Origin: Bdellovibrionales bacterium
GTDB taxonomy: Bacteria; Bdellovibrionota; Bdellovibrionia; Bdellovibrionales; UBA1609
Assembly: GCA_027459485.1 (NCBI GenBank)
Contig: DAIDIG010000001.1
Span: 257,989-321,988 of the forward strand
Reading direction: 5' to 3'
DNA: 64,000 nt
Numbering within the stretch: the first letter of the stretch is position 1; the number at the start of each line of letters is the position of its first letter. Shown here in pieces: positions 57,101-64,000 of the stretch. The position numbers were made by a program, and so were the translations under genes. The notes under the pieces are model-generated. The model did no database searches. It saw nothing but the letters and a program-made list of their open reading frames with translations, and was not told the DNA's origin.

Positions 57101-57610
57101 GAGGTTGAGTTGCGTCCACAGTGATGTTGGCACCGTGAACTGAACCATCAACTGAGCCTGTTTGAAATTCGTAATCTCATAGGGGTTTTGATAGGCAAGC
57201 ACCGATAAATAATTGCCGGCGGTATTCACGTACGATTGCACAATGGCTCGCATAAGGCCGATTTGCGAAGGTGACACCGACGTGTTCATAGCTTGCTTGA
57301 GTCGAATGGCAGCTGTTCGCAATTGCGCAGCTTCGGCGCGGCTCGTGGGGAGCGTACCCGCCGTCGTTTTTTGGTAGACGTCAAATTGGGCCTGAGCCAA
57401 ACTCGCATTGGCCTTCTGAATCGCGGCGAGCGCCGATTTCAAAACGGGAGTGGTCGGGTTTGTATCAGGGGCAACAGCAAATGTGCTGTCCGGCTCTTGA
57501 ACGCAGGCGGCCGGCTGTGAATCGGCTAAGGGCACGCCGGCAGGCGCTGCGATCGCGGATCTGGCAATAATAACTGCCAAAAGTATGCGCAATTGCCGTT
57601 TAATGCTCAT
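54194..57610 (-). CDS. Very large exported hypothetical protein (1138 aa) with three hydrophobic helices in the C-terminal third
   Basis: Signal peptide MSIKRQLRILLAVIIARSAIAAPA. Hydrophobic segments at residues about 832-853, 878-897 and 955-977 (54671-55123). No domain recognised. Confidence 0.7.
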   Translation of the reverse strand: MSIKRQLRILLAVIIARSAIAAPAGVPLADSQPAACVQEPDSTFAVAPDTNPTTPVLKSALAAIQKANASLAQAQFDVYQKTTAGTLPTSRAEAAQLRTAAIRLKQAMNTSVSPSQIGLMRAIVQSYVNTAGNYLSVLAYQNPYEITNFKQAQLMVQFTVPTSLWTQLNLDQPIGQAEVISLNPQDAVVSLTPEKIYSIISDAAASADQLQISGKDNFEATRCVIAEQMVEQYFLQEQVRGVPPARIALSLPPSARACLGMPVSEVESWQRARAAEGSETLFRLAIADGTVTADKVLPQAMTAFLNSHLAGGAQLTVPDLTALIINPYYYNVGKFSKVTPPLTAEDSQNLASWLTQATDAAEKAAPYYGPLMTMTQSPLFASTLQSLISSCNTTYAQSNNPYMPAEKFKKMQRELNEHLSLIEKSLGLQLIEFVKFYVGRLESLDEVSARSALRQMLIYKKYLDARILFGQFYAVARENSSPPTDQVINSISDSLYQLASETVDQALAQKPVLDWFNGIVARFAKLRSHATTSQMSQPDGNFYSSSFALALKAEFIYSSKTPNSEIPFNPHIMAFTRAPYLQNSLSALNIARFRVVLQQSRYEGMRSAWSVVSSHLATDARNGGYDCKPPSRVRADSKAIGKIVLSAFGISFGKNALSPNAQCVLMHDTADMMGLNPQAAPFKSLQDAVDVLQTKLSGAALKSEIQQYKIAYVKQLILPDVRFLTLRYSSNRFDHSAPYLFEKIANAKSPSIAAQRIDWGLRFIDYNLAQEARTYLVAENMNGLIGFLNDADGLPNLLESQPAIKAFVEAEQANISRTTGIGWSVYDNYMATIKTVFSWYFAYWMAQNILAAPLRTVATKFSVMRALPAFMSQIEMRMAPVMTRMFLPMAIYAQTLLDVGIQSSRILVNDYIHMDAVNELYFSQGVNTRSGIFMTDDGYRNGTGAIQYANDNSKWSMISDGVMIVFMGGALGSIGAYNASLSEVNANWFRRAVDWTMRRPGLRARQLEAAIASGNPAAVQAAEETIINLGRNDRIDLEGAIRALDLGYNPTLTLANLNERLSAIEASGNFNRINDARAAYNQIVSVIGGRAEQMGGNSALKIYAQSVIGPNATVQDLWDLHAQSAKIGMANPMAGGSQ

Positions 57611-57688
57611 TTCATTCGCCTCGTCTTCGCCCTCATTGAAGCAATTTCGGAAACTCCAAAATTTTGGACATTCCAGGCATTGAAGAGC

Positions 57689-57722
57689 AAAAAAAAGGCC
57701 AACATTACGTTGGCCTTTTTTG
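57689..57722 (-). terminator. Symmetric (bidirectional-type) rho-independent terminator
   Basis: AAAAAAAA-GGCCAAC-ATTAC-GTTGGCC-TTTTTT. An A-tract and a T-tract flank a 7-bp GC-rich stem. It lies between the 230 aa gene and the 1138 aa gene. Confidence 0.75.
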
Positions 57723-57746
57723 ACGACTGTTTAATTGTTTTACAGT

Positions 57747-58439
57747 TTACAGTGATACAGATGCGGGGTTCACGCCGTACTGGACAGCTGCGGGTAGAAC
57801 CGAGTCAGCGCACGTCGCGGCGGTGCCGTAGCAAATTTGAGAATTGCCATTAGCGTCCGTGTGTTTGCAAAGCTTAACTGCGATGGTGGCGGCTTCGTCT
57901 TCTGATACGCCGACAGCATTTGCAATTGCTTGGATGCGCGCTTTACCTACAGCTAATTTTATGTCAGCAGAAGCGTCCGAAAATTTCGTGTTGCCGAGAA
58001 CCTGAGTCTCTGCGCCAAGAATGCGAATCACTTTTTGGGCAGTGGCATCGTCTGTGTCTCCGCTTTTTGTTAAGCAAGAGTCGTGAATCAAACCGAGCGC
58101 ATTTGCCAAATTAAATGTAGCGCGATCAGCACCGACAAATCGAGAAGCCGGGGAGTTTGCCATACAGGCACCCGCGACTTCAGAAGTTTGCTGGTCAACT
58201 CGCGACGCCGGCAACAGCGAATTTGCCGTCGCTTGTTCGTTTGCGTTCAAAAGGCTACCTGCCCCACTGAGAGCACCCGCCGCGGCAGCAGCATCTGATC
58301 CAACAGTCCCTGCAGTTCGGCCGGCTTCAACTGCGCCTCGGATCGCATTGACTGCGGCGTCCGGCGCTGCTTCTTGCCCAAATGCTACGGCCGAGATCAT
58401 GCTCATCGCGATGGCCGCGAAAATTACGTTTGCTTTCAT
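57747..58439 (-). CDS. Secreted Ala-rich hypothetical protein (230 aa, 5 Cys in the mature part)
   Basis: Signal peptide MKANVIFAAIAMSMISAVAFGQEA. Ala/Gly/Ser-rich N-terminal half. Followed by its own terminator. Confidence 0.65.
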   Translation of the reverse strand: MKANVIFAAIAMSMISAVAFGQEAAPDAAVNAIRGAVEAGRTAGTVGSDAAAAAGALSGAGSLLNANEQATANSLLPASRVDQQTSEVAGACMANSPASRFVGADRATFNLANALGLIHDSCLTKSGDTDDATAQKVIRILGAETQVLGNTKFSDASADIKLAVGKARIQAIANAVGVSEDEAATIAVKLCKHTDANGNSQICYGTAATCADSVLPAAVQYGVNPASVSL

Positions 58440-58620
58440 ACCCTTTTCCTTTCTTTAGACATCGATTGCACCGCGATATTAAGGGGTTCCGTTGCAAGCA
58501 ATCAATATGTATGTTTTACAAACAACAAATCAGTACGTTCGCACCACTGAATTGCAAGCTCAAAGCCAACCCCGCGGTCGAGTCCAAAAAGTGTAACTAT
58601 GCGATACATGTGAACTGTGC

Positions 58621-58650
58621 TGACAAAATTTGCAAGTGTGTGACAAAATT
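58621..58650. promoter_or_regulatory. Direct repeat TGACAAAATT x2 (20-nt period) upstream of the sugar transferase gene
   Basis: TGACAAAATT at 58621-58630 and 58641-58650. TTGCAAG occurs three times in the same 337-bp non-coding region (58492, 58552, 58630). Confidence 0.3.
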
Positions 58651-58776
58651 GAGCCCGATCGCTTTAAGAAAAATAAATTGGAAAAAAAGTGAGATCATGA
58701 GGGGATGTCGAAAAATTAAACAGGTTCGAAGCAGAATCGGCGCCAATGCTATGTTCAAAATAACGCGGGGGTTAGG

Positions 58777-60153
58777 GTGAATCGTCTGCAACATCGTGAG
58801 CGACGAGTGACGCAGATCCTTCTGTTGCTTTTCGATGGGGTCGCGCTTTTTCTCGCCTTTTACATGGCGCTTAATCTGCGCTTTTCGCACAATTCGATCT
58901 ATCATATTTTTCGGCGCTTATTTGATGCCAGTACCTTTGGCAGTTTTTTTGATCACAGCCGATTTTTAATTATTTACGCGCTTCTTGTGTTCAGTTTTTA
59001 TCTTTTCGATCTCTACGAGCCGAGGCATTGGCGCGCGCGCATTTTCTCGCCGCTACGAATGATTCTCGGGACGTTATTATGCGCGCTTCTTTCATTTGCT
59101 TGCTTTTATTTTTTCACCGAGCAGACCCGTGGGATGTTCGGCCGCGGTGTATTTTTAGGGGCGATTTTTTTGTTTGTGCCGTTTTCTTTGGGGATTCGCT
59201 ATTTGATTGAGATGCGCGAGCGCTCGAAGCGAAAGCGGCAAGCCTGGCTTTTCATAGGGGCCGCCGACGACTATGAAAAATTGAGGGCCGATTTGCAGCG
59301 CGTGGATTTCGGCGGATTTCTCGAGCACCGTAATTTTTCGCTCAGCTCGACTGAGCTTTTTTCGCTCTTAGCGCAGGACTGGACGGGCGTTGTGGTCGGG
59401 CCGCATGCCCCGAAAGATCTCAACAATCACCTAATGAAGGCACGCTTGAAGGGGCTTTCACTGCTGAGTTTACAAAGTTTTTACGAATTTCATTGCGGCA
59501 AGATCCCGGTCCATTCGCTCGATGACGCGTGGTTTGCGTTTACCGAAGGCTTTTTCATCCTACACAGTCCGATGTCCGTTCGTATGAAACGAGTAACGGA
59601 TATCGTGCTCTCGATAGTTTTCATGATTATAGCGCTCCCGATTATGCTGATCACGATCGTTCTCGTTCGACTCGAAAGTCGCGGCAGCGTTTTTTTTAAG
59701 CAGAAGCGCGTTGGCATTAGCGGTAAGAGTTTCACGATGTGGAAGGTGCGCTCGATGTGCCACGATGCCGAGAAAGAAGGGGCGCAGTGGGCAGCCGCTA
59801 AAGACGTGCGTGTCACCAGGATCGGTAGGGTCATACGCAAGACGCGAATAGATGAACTCCCGCAACTTTGGAATATTTTGATCGGAGACATGAGTTTTGT
59901 CGGGCCGCGACCCGAGCGACCCGAGTTCACTAGCCGGTTGGCCGAGAGAATCCCGTTTTACGACTTTCGACACTTGGTCAAACCCGGCCTCACCGGGTGG
60001 GCGCAGGTGATGTATCCGTACGGAGCTTCTGAAGAAGATGCCCGCGAAAAGCTGCAATACGAACTGTTCTATATCAAAAACTATTCGTTTGACCTCGACC
60101 TCGAAATTGTTTTTCGAACGGTCACGGTTGTGCTGTTCGGTGCCGGCCGGTAA
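58777..60153 (+). CDS. Polyprenyl-phosphate glycosyl-phosphotransferase (bacterial sugar transferase, WbaP/EpsB-like)
   Basis: GTG start. N-terminal TM helices. C-terminal catalytic domain KRVTDIVLS..., FKQKRVG..GK.F..WK.RSM, DELPQLWNIL.GDMS.VGPRP and GLTGWAQV. Confidence 0.88.
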   Translation: MNRLQHRERRVTQILLLLFDGVALFLAFYMALNLRFSHNSIYHIFRRLFDASTFGSFFDHSRFLIIYALLVFSFYLFDLYEPRHWRARIFSPLRMILGTLLCALLSFACFYFFTEQTRGMFGRGVFLGAIFLFVPFSLGIRYLIEMRERSKRKRQAWLFIGAADDYEKLRADLQRVDFGGFLEHRNFSLSSTELFSLLAQDWTGVVVGPHAPKDLNNHLMKARLKGLSLLSLQSFYEFHCGKIPVHSLDDAWFAFTEGFFILHSPMSVRMKRVTDIVLSIVFMIIALPIMLITIVLVRLESRGSVFFKQKRVGISGKSFTMWKVRSMCHDAEKEGAQWAAAKDVRVTRIGRVIRKTRIDELPQLWNILIGDMSFVGPRPERPEFTSRLAERIPFYDFRHLVKPGLTGWAQVMYPYGASEEDAREKLQYELFYIKNYSFDLDLEIVFRTVTVVLFGAGR

Positions 60154-60154
60154 C

Positions 60155-61489
60155 TCAAACGGCGGGCCTGCCGATACTAAAATATTTAAATCCCAAATCG
60201 CGCATTTGTTCCAAACTGTATTGATTGCGGCCGTCGAAAATCACTGGCTTCTTGAGCAATGATTTAACCCGATCGAAGTCGGGGGAGCGAAACAGCTTCC
60301 ATTCCGTCAGTAACAAAAGCGCGTCGGCTTGTGCCAAGGGCTCGTATTGGTCATTGCAAATCTGTAAGGCGTGGGCCGCTCCAAAATGCTCGCGCACGTT
60401 GTCGCGAGCGATGGGGTCGAAAGCCGCGACCTGCGCGCCCGCTTGCAGTAGTCGCGATATCACGTCGAGCGCCGGCGCTTCACGAATGTCATCCGTTTCG
60501 GGTTTAAAACTGAGTCCCCATACAGCAAATTTGCGACCTTTAATACCGTTGGTGCCGCCGAAGTGCGACTCAATTTTTTTCACAAAAAAAGCGCGCTGGC
60601 TCATGTTCACTCGCTCGACAGCATCGACGATTGCCAGATCGAGGCCCAATTCGTGACTTGTTTGCTTGAGCGCCTTCACGTCTTTGGGGAAGCACGATCC
60701 GCCGTAGCCCACTCCCGGATAGGTGAAATGATAGCCGATGCGCGGGTCTGAACCGATGCCGTCACGAACCGACTTTATGTCGGCGCCAACGGCTTCGGCC
60801 ACGCGGGCGACTTCGTTCATAAAAGAAATTTTTGTCGCGAGCATGGCATTTGCCGCATATTTTGTGAGTTCCGCCGAGCGGATATCCATAAAAATCACGG
60901 GGTGACGGTTTAAAATAAAGGGCGCGTAGAGTTGTTCGATTTTTTTACGCGCGTATTCGTCCATGCAACCGACAACGATGCGGTCCGGCCGCATGAAATC
61001 GTTAACCGCAGCACCTTCTTTTAGAAATTCGGGATTGGACGCAATCGAAAACTGAATATTCATCCCGCGGGCTGAGAGTCGCTCTTGAATGGCCGCTTTG
61101 ACTTTGTCGCCTGTACCGACGGGTACAGTCGATTTGGTGATCACGAGTTTGCGCTCTGTCATCGAATCACCGACGGCGCGCGCGACTGAGAGAACGTGTT
61201 TGAGATCCGCGCTGCCGTCTTCGTTCGGCGGGGTGCCAACCGCGATCATAAGAATTTCATTTTCTGCAATGGCGCCCGACAACTGAGTCGTGAATTTGAG
61301 CCGACCAGCGGCAAAGTTGGTTTTGACGACGTCTTCGAGGCCGGGCTCGTAAATGGGGATGATCCCGTCTTGCAGGCGGCGGATTTTTGCTTCGTCCACG
61401 TCTATGCAGGTGACAGTATTGCCTACATCAGCCAGGCAAGCGCCTGTGACCAGACCGACGTACCCCGTCCCGATAACCGCTAATTTCAT
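60155..61489 (-). CDS. ugd: UDP-glucose 6-dehydrogenase
   Basis: MKLAVIGTGYVGLVTGACLA Rossmann N-terminus. The catalytic-region GYGGSCFPKD is the hallmark of UDP-glucose/GDP-mannose dehydrogenases. Confidence 0.93.
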   Translation of the reverse strand: MKLAVIGTGYVGLVTGACLADVGNTVTCIDVDEAKIRRLQDGIIPIYEPGLEDVVKTNFAAGRLKFTTQLSGAIAENEILMIAVGTPPNEDGSADLKHVLSVARAVGDSMTERKLVITKSTVPVGTGDKVKAAIQERLSARGMNIQFSIASNPEFLKEGAAVNDFMRPDRIVVGCMDEYARKKIEQLYAPFILNRHPVIFMDIRSAELTKYAANAMLATKISFMNEVARVAEAVGADIKSVRDGIGSDPRIGYHFTYPGVGYGGSCFPKDVKALKQTSHELGLDLAIVDAVERVNMSQRAFFVKKIESHFGGTNGIKGRKFAVWGLSFKPETDDIREAPALDVISRLLQAGAQVAAFDPIARDNVREHFGAAHALQICNDQYEPLAQADALLLLTEWKLFRSPDFDRVKSLLKKPVIFDGRNQYSLEQMRDLGFKYFSIGRPAV

Positions 61490-61499
61490 TGCCGCTCCT

Positions 61500-62276
61500 T
61501 TATGACCTGTTCAATCGACCCGCGAGCTTAGCCGTAATTCTTCGCGGAGCCAACCGTGTTGAAAACGCCATCAGACGATTGACCGTGCCCGCGACGGCGA
61601 CGGGGCAACCGCGTTTCATTGCATCGTAACCAATTTCGGCCACTTTAGCTGCCGGCAAAATCGCTGGTGTTTTGAACATTCGGGCGTTCGAAGCCAAATT
61701 GGCCGCCGACTGAAAACCCGTGAGCACCGGCCCCGGGCACAGAGCGGTCGCCGTCACTCCTTTACCTTTCAGCTCTTCGGCCAAGGCTTCGGTGAAACTC
61801 AGTACGTACGCTTTGGTGGCGTAGTAAACCGCCATATATGGGCCCGGTTGAAAGGCGGCCGTCGACGCGACGTTGAGGATGCGACCCGAGCGGTTCTTGA
61901 GCATGTCCGCCGCGTACAGTCGCGTGAGGAGAGTGAGCGTCTCCATATTGAGTGTCAGCATTTTTTCAATTTTCGATTCCGATGCCTCGACGAAATCACC
62001 AACATCGCCAAAACCGGCGTTGTTAATCAAAACTGTCGGAGAAAGATTGAGCTTCTTCGTCTCATCGTATAGTTCTCGGGCCGAGCCGTGACGGCTTAGG
62101 TCGGAGGCAATGACTTGGCACTGAACGGCGCACGACTTTTCAAGTTCTCGCGCCAGATCTTCAAGTTTTTCTTTTGTTCGCGCAACCAGGATCAAATCGT
62201 GTTTTTCACGCGCTAACACTTTCGCAAGTTCAAGGCCAATCCCGCTGGAGGCACCTGTTATGAGAGCCAACGACAT
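61500..62276 (-). CDS. Short-chain dehydrogenase/reductase (classical SDR)
   Basis: ALITGASSGIG (TGxxxGxG), NNAG, and catalytic YYATKAYV (YxxxK). Confidence 0.85.
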   Translation of the reverse strand: MSLALITGASSGIGLELAKVLAREKHDLILVARTKEKLEDLARELEKSCAVQCQVIASDLSRHGSARELYDETKKLNLSPTVLINNAGFGDVGDFVEASESKIEKMLTLNMETLTLLTRLYAADMLKNRSGRILNVASTAAFQPGPYMAVYYATKAYVLSFTEALAEELKGKGVTATALCPGPVLTGFQSAANLASNARMFKTPAILPAAKVAEIGYDAMKRGCPVAVAGTVNRLMAFSTRLAPRRITAKLAGRLNRS

Positions 62277-62401
62277 GTTTTACTCCTTTAGGTTTGACGA
62301 TCTGCCTGCGGGCCCTGGGCCCGCGGCCGCTTCAGCGGCGAACTAACGCGCGCTAACGCGCTATGGTTACCAAAAAGCGTCAGGCACCGTAAAATAGCGC
62401 C

Positions 62402-62875
62402 ATGAGAATTCCGTTGTCACGCGTATTGCGCACGCAAATTCCACTGTCTAAGCAGATGGGCATTCGAGTGGTGGAATCGAGCCCAAAGCGCGTGAAATTC
62501 AGTTTACCACTTAAGCCAAACCGTAACCATAAGATGACGGCGTTCGGGGGCACGCTCATCGCGGCGCAGGCGTTGGCGTCATGGGCCCTCCTCATGGAAG
62601 TGCTTTTTGATAGAGACATCGCTGCCGAGGTTGTGTTGCAACGTGAACATTCGGAATTTCATATACCCGTGACGAGTGATTTTACTGTGGAGACTCGCTC
62701 TTTAGCTGCGGACCAGCGGATTCTATTTCTTCGAACTTTACGGCAGCACAAAAAGGCGCGCATTGAAGTCTCGGCGCAGGCGAAATGCAATGGCTTAGTC
62801 GCGTGCGAATTTACGGGCTATTATGTCGCGATTCTTAAAACAAAAAGCGCGGCAGGGAAAAGGCGGGGCAGTTGA
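62402..62875 (+). CDS. Hotdog-fold thioesterase-like protein (YiiD C-terminal domain-like)
   Basis: 157 aa. IPLSKQMGIRVVE...PNRNHKMTAFGGTLIAAQALASWALL resembles the YiiD_C / putative thioesterase pattern. Stop overlaps the next start. Confidence 0.5.
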   Translation: MRIPLSRVLRTQIPLSKQMGIRVVESSPKRVKFSLPLKPNRNHKMTAFGGTLIAAQALASWALLMEVLFDRDIAAEVVLQREHSEFHIPVTSDFTVETRSLAADQRILFLRTLRQHKKARIEVSAQAKCNGLVACEFTGYYVAILKTKSAAGKRRGS

Positions 62876-63603
62876 CCGAATTTTTAAAGCAGCTATCAAT
62901 TATCATTCCGTTTTACGGTGAAGACATAAAATGGAAGGATTTGTTGCAAGATCTTCGACCGTTGCCGAGAGAAGCTGAAATTCTACTGGTCGGGCCGGAT
63001 GCCCCGCCTAGTGAACTCTTGTCGCGCGCCAGTGAGAACATGCTTGCTGCTATCCGCTTCGTGTGGGCGCCGAAAGGGCGCGGTTCGCAGTTGAATGCGG
63101 GTACGAAAGCGGCTTCAAACAATTTTTTTTGGTTTTTGCACGCGGATTCAAAAGTGCCGCGGCCATCGTTATTTATGTTGGCTCAGGCGCTGCAAAACGC
63201 CCCGGACGCGCTCCATTATTTCGATTTGCATTTTCTCGATGATGGCCCCAAAGCCGTGATCTTAAATTCGTTGGGAGCAAACTTTCGCTCGCGTTATCTC
63301 GGCCTGCCGTTCGGCGACCAAGCCTTCGCGGTCTCAAGGGCACAGTTTTATAAAATCGGCGGGTTTGCGGAAAGCGCCCCTTACGGAGAAGACCATCTGC
63401 TCATTTGGCAAGCCCGACGAAAGCGCGTGCCGATTCGGCGAATTGCCGCTCCCATATTCACGAGCGCCCGCAGTTACAAGGCGAGCGGTTGGGGTGCGCT
63501 CACATCCCGCAGGTTGTATTTGACCTACCGGCAGGCAGCCGGTGAACTGATCAAGTTAGCTAAGGAGCGTACCATTGAACGCGTGCATCGCCGTATTCGT
63601 TAA
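62872..63603 (+). CDS. Family 2 glycosyltransferase-like protein (TIGR04283-like 'transferase 2')
   Basis: LSIIIPFYGE..., FLHADSKVP (DxD-equivalent region) and GLPFGDQAFAVSR. It is paired with a DUF2064 gene, as in the conserved two-transferase module I recall. Confidence 0.65.
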   Translation: MTEFLKQLSIIIPFYGEDIKWKDLLQDLRPLPREAEILLVGPDAPPSELLSRASENMLAAIRFVWAPKGRGSQLNAGTKAASNNFFWFLHADSKVPRPSLFMLAQALQNAPDALHYFDLHFLDDGPKAVILNSLGANFRSRYLGLPFGDQAFAVSRAQFYKIGGFAESAPYGEDHLLIWQARRKRVPIRRIAAPIFTSARSYKASGWGALTSRRLYLTYRQAAGELIKLAKERTIERVHRRIR

Positions 63604-64000
63604 AACGCCGGGCATGAGCCCAATCAAAACGCGGTTGGCAGAAGGCATCGGAAAACTTTCAGCCGAGCGCATTTACTTGCGAAGCGTGGCGCTCACCCGC
63701 GAGACGATCGAATCTGTGTCAAACGTCACCCCCTATTGGGCAGTGGCTGAAACTTTGGGCATCAATCATCGTTTGTGGGCCGGCTGGCGCACAATTGCCC
63801 AAGGGAGCGGTGATCTCGGCAAGCGCTTGGCTCATGTTTACACAGAACTGAAGCGCGAGTACGACATTGTATGTTTGTACGGTGCAGATTCGCCGCACAT
63901 TCCGGCAAGTCGTCTCTCGGACGGCATTCAAATTATTGCGGATTTAAAAGCGGATGTGGTGGTTGGCCCGGCTGAAGACGGCGGATTTTATTTTTTCGCG
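63575..64000 (+). CDS. DUF2064 (CofC-like nucleotidyltransferase fold, TIGR04282-like 'transferase 1'), partial at the window edge
   Basis: Not in the ORF track because it is open-ended. TTG at 63575 lies 7 nt after TAAGGAG. My translation is (M)NACIAVFVKTPGMSPIKTRLAEGIG...LYGADSPHIP...VVGPAEDGGFYFFA with no stop to 64000. It overlaps the upstream gene by 29 nt. Confidence 0.7.
   Translation, partial: MNACIAVFVKTPGMSPIKTRLAEGIGKLSAERIYLRSVALTRETIESVSNVTPYWAVAETLGINHRLWAGWRTIAQGSGDLGKRLAHVYTELKREYDIVCLYGADSPHIPASRLSDGIQIIADLKADVVVGPAEDGGFYFFA

Noticed and set aside
58382-58780. 132 aa plus-strand ORF spanning the long intergenic region
   Set aside because: It starts inside the 230 aa gene on the opposite strand. 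The product is Cys/Lys/Arg-rich with no SD, and the region is better explained as regulatory DNA.

Overview
This is a 64 kb chromosomal window, about 50% GC by eye, and densely coding. I support about 58 CDS, many joined by 4-nt ATGA start/stop overlaps. I saw no rRNA, tRNA, CRISPR array, transposase or integrase. The gene content suggests a Bdellovibrio-like or Oligoflexia-type Gram-negative, but that is inference only. The relevant content is a type IV pilin, many signal-peptide proteins of unknown function, cNMP-binding and PilZ-like signalling proteins, RNase Y and L31 type B. Recognisable housekeeping genes are dnaJ-dnaK, fadE, rpmE2, pip, rny, prfC, upp, udk, ampG, scpA-scpB, psd, pdxH, mmsA and ugd. 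The best candidate for an undescribed system is the 47.5-58.4 kb block. It holds five consecutive genes that all start with Sec-type signal peptides. One is a strongly diverged two-ring ClpB/Hsp100-like AAA+ protein whose N-domain is replaced by a signal peptide, whose first Walker B is degenerate, and which carries a collagen-like G-X-Y insert. Next to it lie three large unknown proteins of 630, 582 and 1138 aa with internal hydrophobic helix pairs, and a 230 aa Ala-rich secreted protein. Secondary leads:
- a bacterial URC1-URC4(DUF1688)-upp-udk pyrimidine operon;
- an SdpA/SdpB-like (HTTM) pair wedged between scpAB and psd;
- a large REC-like/PilZ-like protein whose receiver beta1 strand is encoded upstream of the only ATG and is reachable only from an ATC codon with a perfect SD;
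- two unusual cNMP-binding proteins;
- a tandem pair of look-alike exported coiled-coil proteins;
- a thioesterase-GT2-DUF2064 trio running off the right edge.

All family assignments come from by-eye motif recognition. No searches were run.
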